Made by a program: the position numbers and the translations under genes. A model generated the notes under the pieces. It was not told the origin of the DNA, searched no databases, and worked only from the letters and a program-made list of their open reading frames with translations. This document shows, one piece after another, positions 13,896-22,271 of a stretch of 33,881 nt of DNA. How positions within the stretch are numbered: the first letter of the stretch is position 1; each line of letters starts with the position of its first letter. This DNA comes from Acidimicrobiia bacterium. GTDB taxonomy: Bacteria > Actinomycetota > Acidimicrobiia > Spongiisociales > ZC4RG35. Where the stretch lies: assembly GCA_050997725.1 (NCBI GenBank), contig JBPCQV010000077.1, positions 1 through 33,881 of the forward strand, given 5' to 3'.

Positions 13896-15616
13896 TACTC
13901 GATGCTGTAAAGGTCGGGCACAAAGGTCTCGATGTCCTCGGCGGCGCCTGAGTCATCGATTGCAAAGGCGCGCTCGCCATCCTGAACTCGCATCAAAGAG
14001 CCTTCGGCCAAGCCGCCGTCGACCACGACGTCGGCTTCCTCCACCCCGCAACCGACAAAGTCGTAGAAGACCGCATCGCCGCTCCGATTGCCTTCCTCGA
14101 CGAGAACCTTCGGCCCCGTGTGGTTGACGATCGGGCTATTGAGGAAGAGAGTGTTGCTATCCGGTTGGGCCGGGTGACGTCCGGTCAAGATCCCCACCTC
14201 AGTGATGCCGGCTCCGTCGATAGTCAGGTTCTCGTAGGTCGCTCCGTTTGCGGAGAATCTGATGGACGCCTCCAAGTTCCCATAGATGATGCCGTTGCGA
14301 TAAACAAAGCTGTTGTTGTAGGCGCCATGTGAGATTCCGTAAAGCCCGTTGTGGTACACGACGAAGTCCTCAACCGTCGAGCCAATCTGGTTTTGCCAAA
14401 CCCAGAACCCGTTGGCTTCGTTGTTGTGCGAGATGTTGTTGGAAAACGCCCAGTCTCCGACTCGAACCGAAGCGGGCCAGTCGATTCCTCCCGTTTCTGG
14501 GCCGCCCAGGACGCCCACGGCCACAGAGTCTTTGATGACGTTGTTGTCTCCCCCGCCGAGGAGGAACCCACTGAGGCGGTTTGGTTTGTTGTCGTCTCGG
14601 CGGACGAGCGCAGCGACACAGCGCTCCCAGACAATGTCGTGGCTGGCCTCTTTCTCATCCCACCAGAAGGGATCCCCGGTCGTGTCGAACGCGATGCAAT
14701 CTGTGAAAGTGATCCCTTCGGACATGTGAGGCACGAAAGCGTGTCTGCCAGACATCTTGGCTACAACACCCTCGACGACCGAACCCCGGCTTTCCGGACC
14801 GGAATGATGAAAATGCAACGGATAGCGGCCCAGCACATCGAAGAGCCCCAGGTTGGTCAGAGACACATAGCGGATGGTTTGGGGTGAGGTTGACCGGATC
14901 AAAATGTGAGCTCGGCCTTCTGGGCTTGCCTCGACCCTGACGTTTCGAGTCAGGTTGAGAAGCTCCGCCTTCCAACCGAGTCCCACCTCCGCGGGAATCT
15001 TTCCGGCGAGCCCTGCAGCTGTGGTCGTGATAAACCCCTCAAAATTGCCGGACGCGGTGGGGGTGATCACGATTTCGTCATCGGGTAGCCAGCTCTGCTC
15101 GGGCTCGTATGACCAGGCAGTTTTGGCGGTGCCGTTCAGCTCGAGCCGCCCTCCCTCCATCACCCAGATTCCGACATCGGTCTCGAGAAGGTCCATGCCG
15201 CCACCGACCACTTTGCTCTCGTCGATGTCGACGAACCGGACCGTATGAATCACATCGGCGGCTGGGCTGGACGCCAAGGTTCCTAGTACCAAGACATTGC
15301 CAGAAGTTTCCAGAGTGATGTCGCGATTCGGGGCGAGAGTCAGAGTCGCTCCCGGCTCGATCACGATCCCCGGCACCCGCATCGACTCATCGATTGTCAT
15401 CGACCCCTCGACCCGGAGGATGTCCGTTCGCTCAACAAAGGGCACCGTGGTGCTCGCCCCGTTGGCGGCGGCAGTCGAGGTGGAGCCGGAATGGTCGTGC
15501 GCGGTGGTTGCAGGCGCGTTCGCCGCAGTCGTGGTGCTCTCATTCTCAGGTGTCGTGCAGGCAGTAGCAACCACAAATAGGCCCGCCCGCTTAAGAAATG
15601 CCCGTCTGTCAATCAT
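13892..15616 (-). CDS. Tat-exported lipoprotein with right-handed parallel beta-helix (possible G8-type) domain; candidate glycan depolymerase or lyase
   Basis: Twin-arginine signal MIDRRAFLKRAGLFVVATAC with a lipobox-like Cys, followed by a Thr/Ala-rich linker. PbH1-like repeats include NNISHNNEANGFWVWQN and YHNGLYGISHGAYNNSFVYRNGIIYGN. A LGRYPLHFHHSG segment is also present. Confidence 0.7.
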   Translation of the reverse strand: MIDRRAFLKRAGLFVVATACTTPENESTTTAANAPATTAHDHSGSTSTAAANGASTTVPFVERTDILRVEGSMTIDESMRVPGIVIEPGATLTLAPNRDITLETSGNVLVLGTLASSPAADVIHTVRFVDIDESKVVGGGMDLLETDVGIWVMEGGRLELNGTAKTAWSYEPEQSWLPDDEIVITPTASGNFEGFITTTAAGLAGKIPAEVGLGWKAELLNLTRNVRVEASPEGRAHILIRSTSPQTIRYVSLTNLGLFDVLGRYPLHFHHSGPESRGSVVEGVVAKMSGRHAFVPHMSEGITFTDCIAFDTTGDPFWWDEKEASHDIVWERCVAALVRRDDNKPNRLSGFLLGGGDNNVIKDSVAVGVLGGPETGGIDWPASVRVGDWAFSNNISHNNEANGFWVWQNQIGSTVEDFVVYHNGLYGISHGAYNNSFVYRNGIIYGNLEASIRFSANGATYENLTIDGAGITEVGILTGRHPAQPDSNTLFLNSPIVNHTGPKVLVEEGNRSGDAVFYDFVGCGVEEADVVVDGGLAEGSLMRVQDGERAFAIDDSGAAEDIETFVPDLYSIEY

Positions 15617-15709
15617 CGAACTCCCCTACTCGCCACCGTCAAATCTTACCTCCATTCCTGCGTAAAAACCCTAGGAAAAAAGAGCGCCACGTTACGCAAG
15701 AATGGATTT

Positions 15710-16852
15710 ATGAGGAGAGACGAGCCCGACAGCGTGCTCTTTGTCGTGGTGCCGGCGGCAATGGGTGGGTCCAACCGTTCTCTTGCCACCGTGCTCTCGG
15801 CCCTAGGCCCGCGCCTGCGACGGGTGCTGGCTTCCCCGAAGGAGGGCGCCTTCTTGGCGCACGTCCGCGACTTGGGCCTCTGCGAGGAGCACCTCCCGCT
15901 TTCTTACGGCACCCGCTGGCGCCGAATCGCGTCGTCTCTGCGGATCGCCCGCTGGGTGATAATGCATCGTCGCCGGCTCTTGGCCATCCACGCCAATGCT
16001 TCTCGCGGGCTCAACCTGGCGGCTCTGGCCGGCTTTCTCTCCGGCGTCCCGATCACGGTTTGGGTACACGATGCTGTGGCAACTCCCTGGGGGCGCCGAC
16101 TTGGTCCCGTCCTTCGACTCGCGTTCCGACGGGTGCACTGGTTCGCGGTCTCGGACACTGCTCGACAGGTCGTGGTCGGCAACGGGCTCTGCCGCACCGA
16201 TCAGGTCGAGATCGTCCCCAACCCGGTTGACGTAGAAGCGGTGCTCGGGAAAGGACGGAGCCAGGAGGAGCCGACCTTGGACCGGCTCGTCGTTGGATAC
16301 CTCGGGTCGGCGAGCCACCGAAAGGGCTTTGATCTAATGGCTGAGATCATCGCCCAGTCTTCCGACCTCGACGTGGAATGGCGGCTCTTCACAAGACGAT
16401 TTGACGATCCCTACGCCAATCCGATCTGGAGCCGGCTCGACCAACTGAGCGAAAGGTCAATCTCGATTCCGGGACCAGACTCCGACGTCCGGCGGATCTA
16501 CGACCAGTGCGACCTCGTCCTGGTGCCGTCGCGGGAGGAGTCGTTTTCGATGGTCACTGCCGAAGCGATGCTCAATCGCATACCGGTGGTGGCAAGCGAC
16601 CTCGAGCCGCTTCGCGACCTTCTCGAGCCTCCGCCGGCTCCGGCCGGATTGGTATTCCCGGTGGGCGACGCCACCGCCGCGTCAGAGGCTTTGCGCCAAC
16701 TCGTCAAGGATCGCGAACTGCGCTACCGAATGGGAGAGGAGGGACGGCGACGCGCCGCCGAGTTTCGATCCGATCGCATCGCCGACCGGCTGCTGCAAAG
16801 CTATCGCACGCCGGCCTCTCCAGGAAGTTCTGGCCGAAAATTTGGCACGTAA
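15710..16852 (+). CDS. glycosyltransferase family 4 (GT-B, retaining type)
   Basis: 380 aa. The C-terminal EX7E region is VLVPSREESFSMVTAEAMLNRIPVVASD. The N-terminal domain is Rossmann-like. Confidence 0.85.
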   Translation: MRRDEPDSVLFVVVPAAMGGSNRSLATVLSALGPRLRRVLASPKEGAFLAHVRDLGLCEEHLPLSYGTRWRRIASSLRIARWVIMHRRRLLAIHANASRGLNLAALAGFLSGVPITVWVHDAVATPWGRRLGPVLRLAFRRVHWFAVSDTARQVVVGNGLCRTDQVEIVPNPVDVEAVLGKGRSQEEPTLDRLVVGYLGSASHRKGFDLMAEIIAQSSDLDVEWRLFTRRFDDPYANPIWSRLDQLSERSISIPGPDSDVRRIYDQCDLVLVPSREESFSMVTAEAMLNRIPVVASDLEPLRDLLEPPPAPAGLVFPVGDATAASEALRQLVKDRELRYRMGEEGRRRAAEFRSDRIADRLLQSYRTPASPGSSGRKFGT

Positions 16853-16962
16853 GGACCGCTGTCTAGCTAATTCGGCACCAGCGATGCGGTTTCCGGCGCG
16901 CTAGTACCAAAGAACGTTCTAGGCGTCCCCCACCTGCCGAATTTGGGGGTCCGGGAAGGGCT

Positions 16963-17952
16963 TCACCGGCCGACCTTGGACGCGAGCCGGCGGGCCTGCC
17001 AGCGAATGAAGCCCAACCCGGCTCGCAAGCGCGTGCCAACCGTGATCCTTTGGCCGGAAAGGCCGTAACCCAGCTCCTGCAAGAGGCCGCCGGCGATGGC
17101 GTCGAACAGAGCAGCGTCGGCAGTTGACATCTGGCTCCGCCAGTCCCGCAGGCCGGCAGTCAGCGGCGCCGCGGAGGACTCATACGCCTGCGGATCCCTG
17201 GTGAGTGACTCAACGGGGACCGCACGCTCGTGGTAGCGGAGCATCTCGGGCACGAATTCGATGCCGAGGAATTGGCAGACCGCAGAGACCGTGCGCTCGG
17301 GGTCTTCGATGAGCGACTCGTAGCGAGCTTCGAAGTATCGGTTTGGCCCGAGAAGCGCACCTTCCTTTCGCCCTCGCTGCACTCGTGCCCTCCAATAAAA
17401 AGCGCCCTCAGCGATTGTGCGCGGCCCCCATTCCGGGCGGTCGATGTAGGAGAGGGTGACGTCGCGGCCGTCGCGAATGATGTGGACGAACTTCGCCTCC
17501 GGGAAGAGCCCGCCCAACAAACTCAAGTGATTCACATACCCAGGGGTCTTGTCGCCGTAAAGGGTCTTGCCGCGCAGCCGGGCGTAGACCTCGAACACGG
17601 CCCGCACCCCACCGGCGTAATCCGTGACGTCATTCGCTTGGAGTTGCTTCTCGATGTCGGAGCGGGGGACGGCCAACCGGCGGAAGTTGGAGTTTGCCTC
17701 AAGTCCTTCCAGAAAACGAGTCGGATCGAAACCGAATTCCTTGATGAGATGGGGATTCTTGATGGCGAGCGCGGCCACGAAATGAGCTTCATGGGCAACG
17801 GCGAGTTGCGGATGGGAATCGAAGATCAGCCCGAACACGGTTGTTCCCGAGCGACCGCAGCCGACGAAGATCGAGAAAGGCTTCACCTGTGCGCGGCGGC
17901 TCGCTGCGTCAGGTGCGCCAGGCCGAGAGGTCGCGGCCGAGCCACGACTCAA
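16963..17952 (-). CDS. sulfotransferase (paralogue of 5939-6922)
   Basis: Motifs are FVGCGRSGTTVF, IIRDGRDVTLSY and YESLIEDPERTVSAVCQFLGIEF. The TTG start at 17952 overlaps the upstream gene by 44 nt, and GTG 17886 is an alternative start. Confidence 0.8.
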   Translation of the reverse strand: MSRGSAATSRPGAPDAASRRAQVKPFSIFVGCGRSGTTVFGLIFDSHPQLAVAHEAHFVAALAIKNPHLIKEFGFDPTRFLEGLEANSNFRRLAVPRSDIEKQLQANDVTDYAGGVRAVFEVYARLRGKTLYGDKTPGYVNHLSLLGGLFPEAKFVHIIRDGRDVTLSYIDRPEWGPRTIAEGAFYWRARVQRGRKEGALLGPNRYFEARYESLIEDPERTVSAVCQFLGIEFVPEMLRYHERAVPVESLTRDPQAYESSAAPLTAGLRDWRSQMSTADAALFDAIAGGLLQELGYGLSGQRITVGTRLRAGLGFIRWQARRLASKVGR

Positions 17953-18682
17953 GGGCGGCGACCTCCTCGCGGTAGAACGAGGTCAAAAACGTCCTTGTGT
18001 CTGGGTGGAGAGGCGGGTACTGACTGCGGCGGTCCCGGCGTCGCTGCTTGACGCGTCCCTTCAGTGACTTCGGTCGGGTTTGGTCGGGGTCGCCTTTGTC
18101 GGGATCGGTTCCGACATAGGTCCACACTTTGCGAAGCGTGGCCGCGCGGTCGAAGCGGAGGTCCTCGTTGAGCAAAACCAATAGGCGGTCGGCGCCCACC
18201 TGCTGCTCCAGGTAACGGAGCTGGTCGAGATACCGGCCCATATCGATATAGCCGTAGGGTTCGGAGGTGTCGCTGCCATCGCCGATCACTTCCTCGAAGG
18301 CCTTGGTCTCCCGATTTCGGTAGCGGTTGTGCCAGTAGTGGGAGTAGGCCCGATCGGTCGGGTTACGCAAGATCGCCACGAATCGAGCCATCGGGAGTGC
18401 GATCACCATTCGCTCGGCGACCGCCCGATCATCCATGTATCGAGGCGTTGCTTCGCCAATGACCTGGTTCTCGGTAGCCAGCGAAAACCTCTCGGAATAC
18501 CAGTCGAGGCCGCGATCGTAATGCTCGTCGAAGAAGTGGACCTCCTTGCCGGGGGCGATGAAAACGTCGGGGTGGTTTCTGAGGCCCCGGGTCAGGGCGG
18601 TGGTCCCGCCTTTCATAGTCCCGACGATCACGAAGTCGGGGAGCCGCAGCAAGGAGGGCTCGGAAGTCTGCGCCCGGTCCAC
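17909..18682 (-). CDS. sulfotransferase (Sulfotransfer_1 / heparan-sulfate-sulfotransferase-like type)
   Basis: Motifs are LPDFVIVGTMKGGTTAL, GKEVHFFD and ILRNPTDRAYSHYWH. The start is trimmed to GTG 18682 (or TTG 18691, overlapping the permease stop). The ORF-track extension to 19162 overlaps the permease gene. Confidence 0.8.
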   Translation of the reverse strand: MDRAQTSEPSLLRLPDFVIVGTMKGGTTALTRGLRNHPDVFIAPGKEVHFFDEHYDRGLDWYSERFSLATENQVIGEATPRYMDDRAVAERMVIALPMARFVAILRNPTDRAYSHYWHNRYRNRETKAFEEVIGDGSDTSEPYGYIDMGRYLDQLRYLEQQVGADRLLVLLNEDLRFDRAATLRKVWTYVGTDPDKGDPDQTRPKSLKGRVKQRRRDRRSQYPPLHPDTRTFLTSFYREEVAALESWLGRDLSAWRT

Positions 18683-18687
18683 GTCTG

Positions 18688-19545
18688 TCAATATCCGCTC
18701 AGCACCCCGAGCTGGCGCCCGTAGTTGAGGGCGCGGCCCCAAACCCAGATCGCGAGTGGATAAGCCACCGCCGAGAAGATGACCAGGGTCCAGATCAACG
18801 TCGGGGTCGACAGTCCAGTGGCGAAGTCTCCGGGGGCGAGCGCCCGACGAAGTCCCTGGATGACGTAAGTCTGGGGGAGGGCGTAGGACAGCAAGCGCAA
18901 AGGCTCGGGGAGGTCGGTAATCGGAAAATAGACGCCGGAAAAGATCTGCGCAGCGAGCGTGTAGAGGTGGAGGATTGGATCGCCGCTCTTGGCGAGCACT
19001 TTGACAGCCGCAGACAATGTGCCGATCGCCAAGCCGGAAATCAATCCCAAGGCCCCGATCAGGAGGGCCAACGGGATGCCGGAGGCGTTGAAATCCGCTC
19101 CCAACAGGATCGTCACGCCAATGGTGGTCACGACCGCGAACAGACCCTGGGCGATTGGCCACTGCGACATCGCGATCGGCAGGTAACGCCAGCGGACCGG
19201 CTCGACGAGAAACATCTCCAGCCAGCCGCGCTGGATAGCCATGTCCATCTGCAGCCCGAAACCGCGCAGACCCGAGTCGAGAATCTTGACCCCCAGCAGC
19301 CCGATGACGACCGAGGTGAAGTAGTCACTGCCAAATCCTTGGCTGGGATTGTTCACCTGCGTGGCGACGAAGAAGAAGACGAAAACGGGCACGAAGTTGG
19401 AGAGCTGGGTCATGATGAAGCCCAGCGGATAGCTGATTGCTTGTCGCCAGCCGAGAACCATGAACGCGTTGCTGGCAGCGATCAAGCGCGAAACCGGGTT
19501 CTCCCGCCGACGATCTCGCAGGTGGGTGGTAGCGGTAGTAGCCAT
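18688..19545 (-). CDS. ABC-2 type polysaccharide/teichoic-acid export permease (Wzm/TagG-like)
   Basis: 285 aa with about 6 hydrophobic spans and a basic N-terminus. Its ATG overlaps the stop of the upstream ATPase gene at 19545. Confidence 0.8.
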   Translation of the reverse strand: MATTATTHLRDRRRENPVSRLIAASNAFMVLGWRQAISYPLGFIMTQLSNFVPVFVFFFVATQVNNPSQGFGSDYFTSVVIGLLGVKILDSGLRGFGLQMDMAIQRGWLEMFLVEPVRWRYLPIAMSQWPIAQGLFAVVTTIGVTILLGADFNASGIPLALLIGALGLISGLAIGTLSAAVKVLAKSGDPILHLYTLAAQIFSGVYFPITDLPEPLRLLSYALPQTYVIQGLRRALAPGDFATGLSTPTLIWTLVIFSAVAYPLAIWVWGRALNYGRQLGVLSGY

Positions 19546-20684
19546 CAGGCTTGGATTGGCTGTTCGGCGCGCTCGATGAGGATCTTGGCAAGCAGCTCGC
19601 GAAGTGGCAGCCGCACCTCTTGCATGGATTGAACTCCGCTCAGTTGCCCGTTGGCTTGACTGAAGATCTTGCCGAGGCCGAGCGAGGTGGCCACCGTGAG
19701 CACATCACCATCGACCTCGACGACCTCGACGTCGTGCATCTGGTCGAGAACCTTGGCAGCTCGCTGGCATTCGGCTTCGGCGTGAAAGCGGATCTCCATG
19801 CGCGGCTGATCCCAAAGCCGGCGCAGGCTGTCGAGGTCCCCCCGGTACCTAATCAGGCCATCGTCGATGAGCACGACGTCGTTGTGCAATGCCTCGATCT
19901 CCTCAAGACGATGGGAGCTGATCAAGGCGGCGGAGCCTTGTTCGGCGACGGCCTGCTTGATGAGCTCCAGAAGCTCGTACGCGGCGATTGGATCGACAGA
20001 GGAGGTGGGTTCGTCGAGGATCAGAACCCGAGGACGATGGAGGAGCGCCCGGGCAAGCTGCAAACGTGCCTTCATCCCGGTCGAGAGGGCGATGCCTACG
20101 CGGTCGGCGGCGGGACCCAATCCGACGAAATCGAGGGTTTCGCTGACCCTCTTCTGGAGGTCCTTGCGCGATATGCCTTGGAGCTGGCCGTGGAAAACCA
20201 GGTTCTCCCGACAGGTGTTGCGCAGGAGCAAGGAGGAGTCGTCGGCCGGTGCAAATCCGATCAAGCCCCGGACTTCATGCGACCTGGTGGTGGTATCGAG
20301 GCCACACACAAAGGCGCGTCCGGTTGTTGGGGTGTTGAGACCGGTAAGGACTCGAAACAGGGTCGACTTGCCGGCGCCGTTGGGACCCACCACCGCCAGA
20401 ATCTCGCCGGCCTTGACGTCGATGCTGCAGTCTTCCAACGCGACCACCGGGAACCGGATTGACGACCTGAGCAACACTTTCATCCAAGGGGGCGAGGGAA
20501 CATAGACCTTCGACACCTTCTCGGTCACCACCAAGGCGTCAGTCGCCAAGGTGGGTGTCGGCCGCCTCGGCTTCTTGACCGCCGCTGCCCGCAAGATCGC
20601 GTTAGCACGAGCGATCTTCTCCGGGTCGTGGGCTCGTTTGACGCCGCGCGACGCCCTAGTCCCGGTTTGTTTGAATCGAGCCAT
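19545..20684 (-). CDS. ABC transporter ATP-binding protein (Wzt/TagH-like) with N- and C-terminal extensions
   Basis: Walker A GPNGAGKSTL, signature LSTGMKARL, Walker B VLILDEPTSSVD, and H-loop SSHRLEE. It has an approximately 45-aa basic N-terminal extension and an approximately 110-aa C-terminal domain. Confidence 0.9.
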   Translation of the reverse strand: MARFKQTGTRASRGVKRAHDPEKIARANAILRAAAVKKPRRPTPTLATDALVVTEKVSKVYVPSPPWMKVLLRSSIRFPVVALEDCSIDVKAGEILAVVGPNGAGKSTLFRVLTGLNTPTTGRAFVCGLDTTTRSHEVRGLIGFAPADDSSLLLRNTCRENLVFHGQLQGISRKDLQKRVSETLDFVGLGPAADRVGIALSTGMKARLQLARALLHRPRVLILDEPTSSVDPIAAYELLELIKQAVAEQGSAALISSHRLEEIEALHNDVVLIDDGLIRYRGDLDSLRRLWDQPRMEIRFHAEAECQRAAKVLDQMHDVEVVEVDGDVLTVATSLGLGKIFSQANGQLSGVQSMQEVRLPLRELLAKILIERAEQPIQA

Positions 20685-20690
20685 TTTTGT

Positions 20691-22043
20691 CTACCCCTTA
20701 ACCAGTTCGAATGGCCTCGGCGCCGGCACCGTTTCGGGAGCAGGTGCCGGCTCGACCGCCTCCTCGACGTGCTTGCGGCCCAGGACGATCAAAAGCGCGA
20801 GGAAAAGTGGCATCACTTGTGACCGCTGCCGGGCAAGGATCCCCAGGTTGAGAATCGCGCTGAAGGCGAGGATGAACCCCCCGGAGTAGAAGAAGGCGTA
20901 CATGAGATAGGGATAACGCCGCAGACGGCGCAAGTTGCCGATGATCCATGGCAGACGCAATACGAAGATCAACAGGAGAATGGTTCCTTCGATGCTGGCG
21001 ATCAACAAAGGAGCGGAGTCAGCCTCGTTGGGGAGCGGCCGGAAAATAACCCGCAGGATCGCCTCGGGGACGTCGGCGATGCTCGTAACTGCTCCCCCGG
21101 AAACGGCGGACCCGCCCCGGTCGGTCTGCCCCTCCACCTGTGAGAAGACATCTCCGACCTCGTCGGTCGCCGAATCCGCGGAAGCCGCGGCAGCCAAGTC
21201 GACTCCGAAGTCCTGCGCGGTAAGCACGACAACCAGCACCAGGGCGACGGTGGCCGATCCCAAGAGAAGCACCCGGCGGGCCTGGGGGCTCCTCACCCGT
21301 GGGGCCCTTGCCAGGAGCAACGCGAGCACCATGCCAATGGCGAGAAGCAGCGTCATGTGCAACCTGATGATCCCGGTCCCGGCGAGGCCGATGATGATCA
21401 GTCCTGCCCACGCGGGGTTGTAATTGGAAAAGAGCCGGGCGGCCCCATAGGAGGCAATTCCGATCCAAAGCAGCATCAGCGACTCCTTGCCGATGCTGGA
21501 CGGCCAGTAGACGATTGTTGGCGAGAAGAAGATCGCGGCTGCGTACCACTTGAGGTGGCGCTGCGGAAGCGCGTGCCGGAAAGCGGCATACAAGAGGAGT
21601 TGACCGAAGAACGCCAATGAGGCAAAGATGAAGAACCCGCCCAGCATCGAGGGTTGATAAGGCACGTAGAGAAGCCCGGTGGTGGCCTCGACCACATCGG
21701 TGCCGATGCGTTGCACCGTCGTCGGCACCTCGAATGATCGCCAGCTATCCGAGAGCCTCAATCCCGCTCCGTGGTAGCCGGTGGCGTCTCCCCGGCCATT
21801 GTAAATGAGCACCAAAACCAGATAGCGGGTCGTCGACCCGACGAGCTTGGCGATGAACGCGACCATCACGACGACCGGGAGCCACTTGCTGTCCTTGGGC
21901 GAGGCCATCGACCATCCAATGAGCGCTACTACCACGAAGAAGAAAAGCCCAATAATCGTCGTACCCCAAGGTGAGCCACCTGCGCTTGGGGCCTCGGCGA
22001 CCGTAGATGCCAGAGGCGCGGCAAAGTCACTCCAAGCGGTCAT
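20691..22043 (-). CDS. polytopic integral membrane protein (candidate polymerase, ligase or GT-C-like)
   Basis: About 450 aa from ATG 22043 (GAGGAAA upstream) with 10 or more hydrophobic spans. It is the first gene of the exporter operon, 6 nt from the ATPase start. I recognise no motif securely. Confidence 0.6.
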   Translation of the reverse strand: MTAWSDFAAPLASTVAEAPSAGGSPWGTTIIGLFFFVVVALIGWSMASPKDSKWLPVVVMVAFIAKLVGSTTRYLVLVLIYNGRGDATGYHGAGLRLSDSWRSFEVPTTVQRIGTDVVEATTGLLYVPYQPSMLGGFFIFASLAFFGQLLLYAAFRHALPQRHLKWYAAAIFFSPTIVYWPSSIGKESLMLLWIGIASYGAARLFSNYNPAWAGLIIIGLAGTGIIRLHMTLLLAIGMVLALLLARAPRVRSPQARRVLLLGSATVALVLVVVLTAQDFGVDLAAAASADSATDEVGDVFSQVEGQTDRGGSAVSGGAVTSIADVPEAILRVIFRPLPNEADSAPLLIASIEGTILLLIFVLRLPWIIGNLRRLRRYPYLMYAFFYSGGFILAFSAILNLGILARQRSQVMPLFLALLIVLGRKHVEEAVEPAPAPETVPAPRPFELVKG

Positions 22044-22271
22044 GGGGTATTTCCTCGAACAAACAACAGCGACTCCTCGGGTTCCCGGCCCGTTGGCGAA
22101 GTTACCACGGACAGACCCTCTCGATAAAGGGGTTGTTGTGCCTATCCGCTGGTGAGAGGATTCAAAAAACCCCTCTAGCCTTGTCAATCATCCTGAGTAA
22201 TGTTCCTTCGCAAGGGAGCTATACGGGGAAAGGGCCGGGCTGATGAGTGATCGAACGATAGTTGCAAAGAT

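Noticed and set aside
16853-16962. Possible terminator hairpin between the convergent GT4 and sulfotransferase genes
   Set aside because: Only a 6-bp stem (CCCCCA/TGGGGG) with an 11-nt loop could be found, which is too weak to call.
18683-19162. N-terminal 160-aa extension of ORF 17909-19162
   Set aside because: It overlaps the ABC-2 permease coding region in another frame. The sulfotransferase homology starts only at LPDFVIVG. A GTG/TTG start lies immediately after the permease stop.
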